A stretch of 33,493 nt of DNA, from the IMG/VR virus record IMGVR_UViG_3300011438_000027, positions 1-33,493 of that record; one strand, given 5' to 3'. The position numbers were made by a program, and so were the translations under genes. Every line of letters begins with the position of its first letter. The stretch's first letter is position 1. Source of the DNA: a virus (Duplodnaviria > Caudoviricetes). Positions 26,736-33,493 of this stretch are shown piece after piece. The notes beneath the pieces were generated by a model. That model had not been told where the DNA came from. It saw nothing but the letters and a program-made list of their open reading frames with translations, and made no database searches.

Positions 26736-26743
26736 CAAATTTA
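26736..26743 (-). promoter_or_regulatory. -7 promoter element for the integrase
   Basis: TAAATTTG on the minus strand, 20 nt upstream of the ATG. Confidence 0.5.
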
Positions 26744-26759
26744 CATTGCCAAAAACTAC

Positions 26760-26965
26760 CGACACACTTGCCCATACAATCCGTGTACTTTCGTACTATA
26801 ATACTTTGCACTCCTTAATATAGAGTCGCTTTTGCATAGGTAATTGCTATGAAATTGACCGGATGTGATTGGGTTGTGTAGTGTCCCCCGCGCTACATAC
26901 TCTTTCGTTTCTATCCTGGAAATGAGGTTTTCAGTGCATGCGGCCACACCGGGGCGACACACTTG
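26760..26965. other. Putative attP
   Basis: The core TGTAGTG-TCCCCCG-CGCTACA (26877-26897) is an inverted repeat around a 7-bp spacer. It is flanked by identical direct repeats CGACACACTTG (26760-26770 and 26955-26965) and lies next to int. Confidence 0.7.
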
Positions 26966-27017
26966 GCGGGGAATTTGGAAATCTGTGTACATTTGATCAA
27001 GTGTTTATATTCGAGTG

Positions 27018-27052
27018 AACCTCCTTGGCGTTGTGACCCTGGGAGGTTTTTT
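27018..27052 (+). terminator. Rho-independent terminator (possibly bidirectional)
   Basis: Stem AACCTCC...GGAGGTT with a T run on the plus strand. It abuts the stop codon of the minus-strand lipoprotein gene. Confidence 0.65.
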
Positions 27053-27284
27053 ATTGGCACTCCTTGCACTTCTCCCATTCGTGGGATGTGTAAAGCGTCC
27101 AACTCGCCGTTCCTCCCTGGCTGGTATTGTCACCCGCTAAATACTGCTCCCGCGTACTGCATTTTATCAAGGTTCTGCTACCCCCGCTTTTAGGAATTCC
27201 GGTTAGGCATCCCTCTTCGGTTGTTTCTTCTTCATCACATGCAAGGGCGCAAATCAGCGCGGCGATCAATAATACCTTTTTCAT
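27051..27284 (-). CDS. Small lipoprotein (candidate superinfection exclusion)
   Basis: MKKVLLIAALICALA-C lipobox followed by the acidic stretch DEEETTEE. There are four further Cys. Confidence 0.75.
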   Translation of the reverse strand: MKKVLLIAALICALACDEEETTEEGCLTGIPKSGGSRTLIKCSTREQYLAGDNTSQGGTASWTLYTSHEWEKCKECQ

Positions 27285-27303
27285 AATTCAAAATTTTGTT
27301 CTT

Positions 27304-27846
27304 TCAAAAGTCATCTTGTTTTTTCGAGTTCATGGCCTTCTCAAAATCAATAAACGTGCCATCCATTCTTTCGATTGTTTGCAGTTGAATTGAGTGCCAG
27401 GTCTTCGCCGTCATCCACGTCCCGCCGCATGCTGGCTTCGCGTTTTCAAGATTGCCACCGGAGTAAACAGCGTCATGCATGAAGTCATACGCCCGAATCC
27501 GGCACCTGTCATCCTTAATTGAAATCTCCATAGTGAAAGATACATATCCAGCCTGATCACGATGAATTGTACCGCTCATACCCATGCCTGTCGATGTAAT
27601 TGCAAACAGCCCCTTGCATAGTAATTTCCCCTCCTGTCGGTTTTCATATTGAATAACATTCTGTGCGGATCTGAAGGTGTTAGCCACCCATAGCCTGGCT
27701 TTGTCAAAATGAGCGGCCTTATTTGCTGAATCAAGTGGAATGATCTTTTTAAACTCAATACGGCCCTCGTCGTTCAGAGGGAGTTGCGGTTGACCAGCCA
27801 GCGGGCTTGCCGCTAAGAGTAAAATCAGGAAAATCAGTTTTTTCAT
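27304..27846 (-). CDS. Exported DUF4468-like protein
   Basis: Signal peptide MKKLIFLILLLAASPLAG/Q, then GRIEFKKII...WVANTFRSAQNVIQYENRQEGKLLCKG. Confidence 0.75.
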   Translation of the reverse strand: MKKLIFLILLLAASPLAGQPQLPLNDEGRIEFKKIIPLDSANKAAHFDKARLWVANTFRSAQNVIQYENRQEGKLLCKGLFAITSTGMGMSGTIHRDQAGYVSFTMEISIKDDRCRIRAYDFMHDAVYSGGNLENAKPACGGTWMTAKTWHSIQLQTIERMDGTFIDFEKAMNSKKQDDF

Positions 27847-27847
27847 A

Positions 27848-28279
27848 TTAGTTTCCATTTTTTTGAACTGGTTCTTTATTCAGGGGTGGCGGTGGCGATG
27901 GGCCAAACTTCTCTATTAATCCCCAAAGCCGCTCAAATTCTAACTTAAATATATTGTGGCTTTCCTCATGTATTTTGTTGCTGCCTTTGATCACTTCCCA
28001 CACGTCCAGATCCATCGTTTTTTGTTGCCCCAAGCTCCGGCCGGATTCGGCAGTAAACATTTCCCCCTCTCCGGTTTCCCACCATTTTTGTTCCACGTGG
28101 AATGTTCTTAGAAATTTCGTCACATTATCGGGGTGTAATCTACCCTTTCCTTTCCTCCTGGTAAGCAATTTCCCTATTGTCCCAACCCCAAAACGAGTTA
28201 AGCGCTCACCCTCTGTTTGATTAATGCCCTTAGCGTCAAGCACTTGCATTATTTTCTCATAATCTGAAAATTTATTCAT
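27848..28279 (-). CDS. Phage repressor (HTH)
   Basis: N-terminal HTH-like region and the WWETGEGEMF motif typical of CI-like N-domains. It is divergent from a small Cro-like gene. Confidence 0.8.
   Translation of the reverse strand: MNKFSDYEKIMQVLDAKGINQTEGERLTRFGVGTIGKLLTRRKGKGRLHPDNVTKFLRTFHVEQKWWETGEGEMFTAESGRSLGQQKTMDLDVWEVIKGSNKIHEESHNIFKLEFERLWGLIEKFGPSPPPPLNKEPVQKNGN
28100..28118. promoter_or_regulatory. Operator-like site inside the repressor gene
   Basis: GAATGTTCTTAGAAATTTC matches the reverse complement of 28291-28309 at 17 of 19 positions. Confidence 0.5.
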
Positions 28280-28318
28280 AAAAGTTCTTTGAAAGTTCTT
28301 AGAACATTCTTTCCTTTG
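28280..28318 (+). promoter_or_regulatory. Lysis/lysogeny switch: overlapping operators and early promoter
   Basis: AAAGTTCTT occurs twice and includes the palindrome GTTCT-T-AGAAC. TTTG(28288-28291)-N19-TTCCTTTG(28311-28318) approximates a Bacteroidota -33/-7 promoter. Confidence 0.6.
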
Positions 28319-28349
28319 GTACGTATTATAGATTACTAAGTAACCAATT

Positions 28350-28553
28350 ATGAGCGAAGTTATAGAAAAAGATCAAAAAAAGGCACCTGAGCGCAAATCA
28401 ACGGTTTCCGTGATGCTGCCGGCTATTCCTATTTCAGTTCACAAAAAGATCATGAAGTGGAGACTCAAGCGAAGCGCGGAGATCGGAAGGCAACTAAGCT
28501 CAATGGATGCTTATGCCGAATTCTTGAAAGAGCAAACGAAAACATTAGCATAG
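28350..28553 (+). CDS. Cro-like small DNA-binding protein
   Basis: 67 aa and basic. It is the first gene divergent from the repressor. Confidence 0.55.
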   Translation: MSEVIEKDQKKAPERKSTVSVMLPAIPISVHKKIMKWRLKRSAEIGRQLSSMDAYAEFLKEQTKTLA

Positions 28554-28617
28554 AAAAGCCCCGCCTGGCTATCAACAGATTACGCATGCGCAACTTTCTG
28601 GATGCCTGGGGCTTTTT
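28554..28617 (+). terminator. Long hairpin / terminator after the Cro-like gene
   Basis: AAAAGCCCC...GGGGCTTTTT closes a long imperfect stem. Confidence 0.6.
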
Positions 28618-28640
28618 AACGAACAATTAAACACTCAACT

Positions 28641-28997
28641 ATGAACATTCACGATCACATCTATTTTATGTATGACGGTACGTGGGTTGCCAAGTACGAA
28701 CACCGTACAAAGAAATATCCCGAAAGAAACTACGGAACAGGAACCACTCAGTACCAAACGTTTCATGCTCGTGGAGCGGACGCATTGATTGCGCTCATGA
28801 ATTATTGTAATGACAATAACATATCGTTTTCAACTGACTTTGATGGCGAGGCATGGAGTAAATATTACAATGATTGCGACGCATTTATACGACGAATGAT
28901 TGCAAAGAAATCTGTAATGTCAGAAAGTGAATGGCAGATGGCATTTTCTTGTGACGCTCCAAACAAACCTGGATACCAATTCGCAAACAACGATTAA
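28641..28997 (+). CDS. Hypothetical early protein
   Basis: 118 aa, ATG start with an A-rich upstream region. Confidence 0.7.
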   Translation: MNIHDHIYFMYDGTWVAKYEHRTKKYPERNYGTGTTQYQTFHARGADALIALMNYCNDNNISFSTDFDGEAWSKYYNDCDAFIRRMIAKKSVMSESEWQMAFSCDAPNKPGYQFANND

Positions 28998-29007
28998 CCT
29001 CAAAAAT

Positions 29008-29118
29008 ATGAACACTAAACACAATCCTAAAGAAAATCTATCGGAGCAATTAGCACCGCTCGGCGCAATCATTCTTCTGATCACCATTATTTTAACCTTA
29101 GCCCATTTCGGAGTATGA
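29008..29118 (+). CDS. 36-aa single-TM peptide
   Basis: MNTKHNPKENLSEQLAPLGAIILLITIILTLAHFGV. A-rich upstream region and an ATGA overlap with the next gene. Confidence 0.6.
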   Translation: MNTKHNPKENLSEQLAPLGAIILLITIILTLAHFGV

Positions 29119-29369
29119 AAAAGATCATCCATGTCAATGAACGTGAAGCGATAGAGTTTGCCTGCGCGCTGACCGGTGTGAAGGTAACCTTTGATGCCAC
29201 CAACACCGAAGGAATCTTAGAGGCTACCGTGACCAATAGAGGGCGCGACATAAGTTCTGAATTGGCTTGGACCCTTAGCGAGATAGCTTCTCGGAAAAGA
29301 GCCGATGACTTCGAAAAGAAATTTCTGAGTGAGTTTGAACTCAGGCCTGTAACCGACGAGCTGCCATGA
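29115..29369 (+). CDS. Hypothetical protein
   Basis: 84 aa, ATGA-coupled. Confidence 0.7.
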   Translation: MKKIIHVNEREAIEFACALTGVKVTFDATNTEGILEATVTNRGRDISSELAWTLSEIASRKRADDFEKKFLSEFELRPVTDELP

Positions 29370-29653
29370 CGATGACAAAGGCTATGGGAATCATCTTGTA
29401 CCAATTCACCGAGGAACAGTTTAAGGATCTCCTTAACACGGTCAGAATTGCTACGGTTGAGGAATTGAGCAAAAAGGCATCGACTGATAAATTTTTGACT
29501 AAACAAGAGGCTGCCAATTACCTGAGAATCCACGTATCGACGCTGGATGAGCGGCTGAGAAAACACACGCTGCCTCTATCACTGAGGCACTACAACGGCG
29601 GGACTATTTATTTCAGTCAATTGGAATTAGAAGCCTTCATAAAAAAATCTTGA
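29366..29653 (+). CDS. Excisionase-like HTH protein (HTH_17)
   Basis: FLTKQEAANYLRIHVSTL...GGTIYFSQLELEAFI. Confidence 0.85.
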   Translation: MTMTKAMGIILYQFTEEQFKDLLNTVRIATVEELSKKASTDKFLTKQEAANYLRIHVSTLDERLRKHTLPLSLRHYNGGTIYFSQLELEAFIKKS

Positions 29654-29654
29654 T

Positions 29655-29957
29655 ATGAATACTACCGCACTTTTAAAAGCTTCGATTCGTCTTGAGCAAA
29701 GTAAAACCGATTTAACGAACCTGTTGAATCACACCGAGGGAAGCTTATCAATATTAATCGACGCCATTGAATTGTCCATGCGCGACTATCAGGAAGAAAT
29801 TAATATACGGGAGCGCGTCCTTGAGCAGGGCGTGGATATGACAGATCATGTAGTAGCAAGTCTGAACGATGCCATTGCCTTTCGTAAGGATCGAATTCAA
29901 TCCCTGATAGCATGGCGACTAATTTTCTTTTGCGCCATTGAGAGGGTAAAAGAGTAA
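29655..29957 (+). CDS. Hypothetical protein
   Basis: 100-aa helical ORF within the early operon. Confidence 0.65.
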   Translation: MNTTALLKASIRLEQSKTDLTNLLNHTEGSLSILIDAIELSMRDYQEEINIRERVLEQGVDMTDHVVASLNDAIAFRKDRIQSLIAWRLIFFCAIERVKE

Positions 29958-29976
29958 ATCACTATAAACACTCAAT

Positions 29977-30717
29977 ATGGAAAACACACAAGAAATTGAA
30001 AAGGTACCGGAGGTTTCATCCTTCTCGATTGCAACATTTGACCACGCCCAACGCGTTGCGAAAATGCTTGCATCGTCGAGTTTGATTCCAAAAGAATTTC
30101 AAGGCAACATTCAAAACACTATGATCGCCCTCGAGATTGCAAACCGGATAGGGGCAAGTCCTTTAATGGTAATGCAGAATCTTTATATCGTTCACGGCAG
30201 GCCCTCGTGGAGTAGCACCTTTATTATAGCCGCGCTGAATTCTTGCAAGCGGTTTTCACCGCTGCGTTTTGAGCTGTCCGGTGACGGTGACACTATGGAG
30301 TGTTTCGCGTGGGCGTATGAATTAGAAACCAAAGACAAGATTATAGGCCCAACTGTGACTATGAAAATGGCGAAGGCTGAAGGCTGGGTGGATAAGAATG
30401 GCAGTAAGTGGAAAACCATGCCGACGCTTATGATCCGATACAGGGCAGCCGCTTTTTTTGGAAGGCTTTATGCGCCCGAGATCCTCATGGGGATGCATAG
30501 CCAAGATGAGGTTATCGACATGGAGCACCAGGTTGTCAATGGTAGCGGCTATCAGATTGCAGAATATATCACGCATGAGGCGCTCACGGCTTTGTACGAA
30601 GAAAAACTAGAATTGCTTAACAAGGCGGAGATGGACAATTGCAAGCGCATACTTGAAAGTAGAGAGGTTGAATCGTATAGAAAATTGCACAAATTTTTAA
30701 TCGATAAAGTAGTATGA
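29977..30717 (+). CDS. RecT-like ssDNA annealing protein
   Basis: SPLMVMQNLYIVHGRPSW...MAKAEGW...SKWKTMP.LMIRYRAAAFFGRLYAPE. Confidence 0.85.
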   Translation: MENTQEIEKVPEVSSFSIATFDHAQRVAKMLASSSLIPKEFQGNIQNTMIALEIANRIGASPLMVMQNLYIVHGRPSWSSTFIIAALNSCKRFSPLRFELSGDGDTMECFAWAYELETKDKIIGPTVTMKMAKAEGWVDKNGSKWKTMPTLMIRYRAAAFFGRLYAPEILMGMHSQDEVIDMEHQVVNGSGYQIAEYITHEALTALYEEKLELLNKAEMDNCKRILESREVESYRKLHKFLIDKVV

Positions 30718-31439
30718 ACGCATTATTAAGAACTGGTTCGTTCACATCCTCTGAGATTGGAGCACTAATGACAGAGGGGAAGGCTAAAGGTTCCTTTGGC
30801 GCTCCTGCGCTGACTTATATCGAGGAAAAAAATATGGAGCGGCGTTTAGGTCGTGCGTTGAAAAATGAACCCGATGCAAAGCCCCTTGATTGGGGGCACT
30901 TATGCGAAGGCTTTGTGTTTGAAATGTTGGGTATAGAATACTCCACGCAAAGCAAGCAAACCATTGTTCATCCTGATTTTGATTGCTGGGTTGGCACACC
31001 TGACTCGGTTTGTTACCAGGAATACAATACGGCTGTCGATGTTAAGTCTCCATTTACCCTTAAATCGTTTTGCCAGCTTGTGGATGGGTGGAAGGCCAAC
31101 GGCATTCAGGGCATCCGTGATAACCACAAAGAAGGGGATAAATATTATTGGCAAATCGTATCGAATGCGATCCTGACAAGGTGTAGCGAAGGCGAATTGA
31201 TTGTCTTCTGTCCTTTAGAGTCTCAGGTTTCAGGTTTGGTGCAACGCGGCATTGATCAATACGACTGGCTCATGTATGCCGGTATGGAAAATTTGCCGTG
31301 GCTGCCAGATAACAACGGTCATTATAACAGCTTGAATAAGTTTCGCTTCCCGATTCCTGAAGCGGATAGAAAACTCCTGACCAATCGTGTCGTGGAAGCT
31401 GTAAAAATGTTAGTCAATTCAAAACTCGTAACCGCATGA
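30714..31439 (+). CDS. YqaJ/lambda-exonuclease-like recombination nuclease
   Basis: RTGSFTSSEI...WGHLCE...GTPD...DVKSP...YYWQI. Confidence 0.85.
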   Translation: MNALLRTGSFTSSEIGALMTEGKAKGSFGAPALTYIEEKNMERRLGRALKNEPDAKPLDWGHLCEGFVFEMLGIEYSTQSKQTIVHPDFDCWVGTPDSVCYQEYNTAVDVKSPFTLKSFCQLVDGWKANGIQGIRDNHKEGDKYYWQIVSNAILTRCSEGELIVFCPLESQVSGLVQRGIDQYDWLMYAGMENLPWLPDNNGHYNSLNKFRFPIPEADRKLLTNRVVEAVKMLVNSKLVTA

Positions 31440-31615
31440 AAAAACGAAGCCAGATTCAAATTGCAATCGACGCGCTGAAAAAGCAGTTGGATAAATACCA
31501 AGATCAACACGCTAAGGCTATTACTGAGGCACGTGAAGCACAACAAAGCGCAGAGTTTTTCGAAAATGAAATGCAACGGTTGAAGGAGCAGATTAAATCA
31601 CTTGGAGGAGAATAA
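31436..31615 (+). CDS. 59-aa coiled-coil protein
   Basis: Below the ORF-track cut-off. Manual translation gives MKKRSQIQIAIDALKKQLDKYQDQHAKAITEAREAQQSAEFFENEMQRLKEQIKSLGGE, with an ATGA overlap. Confidence 0.75.
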   Translation: MKKRSQIQIAIDALKKQLDKYQDQHAKAITEAREAQQSAEFFENEMQRLKEQIKSLGGE

Positions 31616-31617
31616 CC

Positions 31618-31953
31618 ATGACACAACCACAATTGAATATTGTATTCGCCAGAGAGGAACGCGACGCGGGAATCAAGCGCGCTAAGGACCACGCGGATAG
31701 GGCGCATGATGATTGGAGCGGCAAGGTGTACCTCCTTTTGAAAGACTTTCTCAAGTGCTATTCCGGCCCGTTTCAATTTGAGGAATTTAGACTTTCTATC
31801 ACTGGCCTTATCGCGGAGCCACCGCATAAACGTGCTTTTGGTGCTGTCGCTGCTAGGGCCGCCAGAGAAGGGATTATCACACGCGTCGGCTATGCGCCGG
31901 TAAAGAGTGTGAATTGTCATCGGGCTTTTGCAAGTGTGTGGCGAAGAACATAA
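31618..31953 (+). CDS. Hypothetical phage protein
   Basis: 111 aa and basic, containing PPHKRAFGAV..RA...GII. Confidence 0.7.
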   Translation: MTQPQLNIVFAREERDAGIKRAKDHADRAHDDWSGKVYLLLKDFLKCYSGPFQFEEFRLSITGLIAEPPHKRAFGAVAARAAREGIITRVGYAPVKSVNCHRAFASVWRRT

Positions 31954-32215
31954 AAGGGCTAGCCATGCCGCACGACCAAGGATTGAAGGCATTCAAATAA
32001 CGTCTGGTTGTGTGGAGTTGCTGGCACCCTTTTTTGAAGAGCATTTTCTTTGCTGCTGAGGTCGGACTTTAGTCCTGCCAATAGATATAAGATGGGGATT
32101 ACCGTGCAGTTAGGACGTCCCCCCGAAACGACATACGGGTAATAGCGGCAAAACAATTGTCGAGCAGTCGTAAAAATCGTGACAGCCGGAAAGACGGCAA
32201 ATTTTTTAAACCAAA
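31953..32215 (+). ncRNA. Structured intergenic RNA region 1
   Basis: A long G-U-containing hairpin with a GGCA tetraloop, a second enclosed multi-stem domain, and the terminal hairpin GCCG-GAAAGA-CGGC. Confidence 0.5.
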
Positions 32216-32221
32216 CGACCA

Positions 32222-32455
32222 ATGAAAACACTTCAAAAACCTATCTATCACGGCTTCTGGTGGCTGATCAACAGAGCTATTCTATTCATCGCTATTGGCA
32301 TCTTATCAACTTGGGGGATAGCCTTTGTTTCGATTCCGGTGTTCGATGCTATGCGTCACGTTGACCGGCAGGCAGCGGCGTTGATTCTGTTCTTCGGACT
32401 TGTCGGGGCGTTGGGGCTGGTGTGGGCTTACGCTTTTTTAACCGGAAAACTATAA
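32222..32455 (+). CDS. Small two-TM membrane protein
   Basis: 77 aa with two hydrophobic segments. Confidence 0.7.
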   Translation: MKTLQKPIYHGFWWLINRAILFIAIGILSTWGIAFVSIPVFDAMRHVDRQAAALILFFGLVGALGLVWAYAFLTGKL

Positions 32456-32461
32456 ACCACT

Positions 32462-32752
32462 ATGATAACATTAATTCCATATAACCCAATTTACACGGCT
32501 AGGTGTGTGAAGGAAATTGGAAGTTTTAAAGTTTCTGATTTCGCTCATTCATTGCGAATAATGAAATGTTCAGGGCGTATCTATCAACCAGAAAAAGGCC
32601 TTGATGGAAAATATATTGATACCGAAGGGCAACCTGATACACGGCTTATGATCATGTCAACATCATGGGAAAATCACGGCTATGCCTGTGCCACTAAAGA
32701 GCAAATCGATGAGTGTTTTGAAGAAATAGTTTTTGAGTCCGTGGAGTCGTAA
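32462..32752 (+). CDS. Hypothetical protein
   Basis: 96 aa, in the operon. Confidence 0.65.
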   Translation: MITLIPYNPIYTARCVKEIGSFKVSDFAHSLRIMKCSGRIYQPEKGLDGKYIDTEGQPDTRLMIMSTSWENHGYACATKEQIDECFEEIVFESVES

Positions 32753-32758
32753 AGCATG

Positions 32759-33011
32759 CATTTAAAGGTGTCGGGGGAAACTACGGCAGGCCTTTAGATG
32801 AAATATAAATGTCGGTACTGTGAGGCGCTACCACCGACGATTGCAGCCCAAGAGAGAAGCATGTAGCCACGAGGACTGATCCCTCAAGAGTATCTCTCAG
32901 ACTAATGCACGCAGTGTTGACATTAGATACTTCGAGCCGGGAGGACTCATCCGCTCAAGCAAAGAAGTACGGGAAGCGTAGCGATAGCTGTAAGGCAAAA
33001 CTGCGCTTCTC
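32759..33011 (+). ncRNA. Structured intergenic RNA region 2 (six consecutive hairpins)
   Basis: Six stems tile a 290-bp ORF-free gap. G-U pairs form on the plus strand and an internal module is duplicated. Confidence 0.55.
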
Positions 33012-33044
33012 TTCAACCAAAAGAGCGCCTAAACCACTAAGCAA

Positions 33045-33377
33045 ATGAGTAAAGACACAAAACGAAAACAACAATACTACTCTTATCTCAAAAGCTCTGT
33101 ATGGAGAGAGAAAAGAAAATTCGCCTTGGAGTTCTATGGTTACAACTGTGGTTTATGTGGAAGTCGACACAACTTAGAAGTTCATCATAGGAACTATAGA
33201 AACTTGTTTAAGGAGTCAATGGAAGATTTAATGTTACTGTGTGAGTCATGTCATCAAACCTACCATAGAAAAAAAATAATGAAGAATGGAAAGAAATCGA
33301 AATACATGAAAGACCCGAATTACGACACCTCGGCCACAACATATTACCCGAAACGTTCTGCAAATAAAAATATATGA
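33045..33377 (+). CDS. HNH endonuclease
   Basis: YLKSSVWREKR...CGLCG...LEVHHRNY...DLMLLCESCH. Confidence 0.9.
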   Translation: MSKDTKRKQQYYSYLKSSVWREKRKFALEFYGYNCGLCGSRHNLEVHHRNYRNLFKESMEDLMLLCESCHQTYHRKKIMKNGKKSKYMKDPNYDTSATTYYPKRSANKNI

Positions 33378-33493
33378 ACGATTTCACAACCTGGTTTGCC
33401 GAACTGAAAGCCTCCAACCCTATTTGGTGGGATGCCCTTCCGTTAGCCTATCCTAAGAAAGATTATGTTCAATTAGCCAAAGAATGTTACGTG
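33374..33493 (+). CDS. Partial hypothetical protein
   Basis: ATGA overlap with the HNH stop. MNDFTTWFAELKASNPIWWDALP... stays open to the window end. Confidence 0.6.
   Translation, partial: MNDFTTWFAELKASNPIWWDALPLAYPKKDYVQLAKECYV

Larger units (their letters stand above)
1..33493. mobile_element. Temperate tailed phage genome segment, probably of a Bacteroidota host, in attP (excised) configuration
   Basis: Terminase, portal, capsid, tape measure, integrase, repressor/Cro and RecT/exonuclease are all present. No host genes are seen, and phage genes lie on both sides of the integrase/att region. Confidence 0.95.

Noticed and set aside
26877-26897. Complete tRNA gene
   Set aside because: Only an acceptor-end-like fragment is present. 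There is no TTCG T-loop or cloverleaf upstream, and I saw no full tRNA elsewhere in the window.
26756-27193. ORFs 26756..26992, 26911..27102 and 26963..27193
   Set aside because: They overlap the att arm and core sites and the terminator, and show no protein-like features.
32050-32135. Hammerhead-like fragments CTGCTGAG ... CGAAAC
   Set aside because: The core deviates from CUGANGA, and I could not build stems I-III with the correct geometry.
32759-33377. CRISPR array, TIGR array or IscB/OMEGA assignment
   Set aside because: There are only two copies of the module and no regular repeat-spacer period. The HNH protein lacks RuvC, PLMP and Nop domains.
28920-33417. Minus-strand ORFs in the early region (e.g. 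29087..29566, 31504..31992, 31959..32231)
   Set aside because: They are antisense to coherent plus-strand genes or structured RNA regions and have no motifs.
1-33493. Diversity-generating retroelement or stop-codon recoding
   Set aside because: No reverse transcriptase or TR/VR pair was seen. Genes are intact and tightly packed under the standard code, and TAA, TGA and TAG are all used as stops.

Overview
About 33.5 kb of a temperate tailed phage that very probably infects a Bacteroidota host (TAnnTTTG promoters, Gln-after-cleavage signal peptides, acidic lipoprotein export signal, DUF4468). The site next to the integrase looks like an intact attP, so this is probably the excised or virion form. 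The left part is a long late region on the minus strand, in this order: small and large terminase, a 5.8-kb block of glycosyltransferases and methyltransferases (four GT-A/GT2-like, one GT15/Kre2-like, one Maf/GT29-like, two SAM methyltransferases), a CxxC membrane protein, a tail chaperone pair with a likely -1 frameshift, tape measure, tail hub, tail tube, portal, minor head, scaffold, major capsid, neck proteins, and a signal-peptide-bearing fibre-like protein. The middle holds an AT-rich ParB-like cassette, a tyrosine integrase, attP (core resembling a tRNA 3' end), two exported lysogeny proteins and a repressor/Cro switch. The right part is an early operon on the plus strand: excisionase, RecT-like protein, YqaJ-like exonuclease, two highly structured intergenic regions and a small HNH nuclease. 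The main candidate for an undescribed system is a phage-encoded virion glycosylation pathway, with a Ser-Pro-Asp/Glu motif that recurs in outer virion proteins as a possible acceptor sequon. The second candidate is a multi-hairpin RNA with a duplicated module directly upstream of the HNH gene. All protein calls come from motif recognition and gene context; no database search was run.
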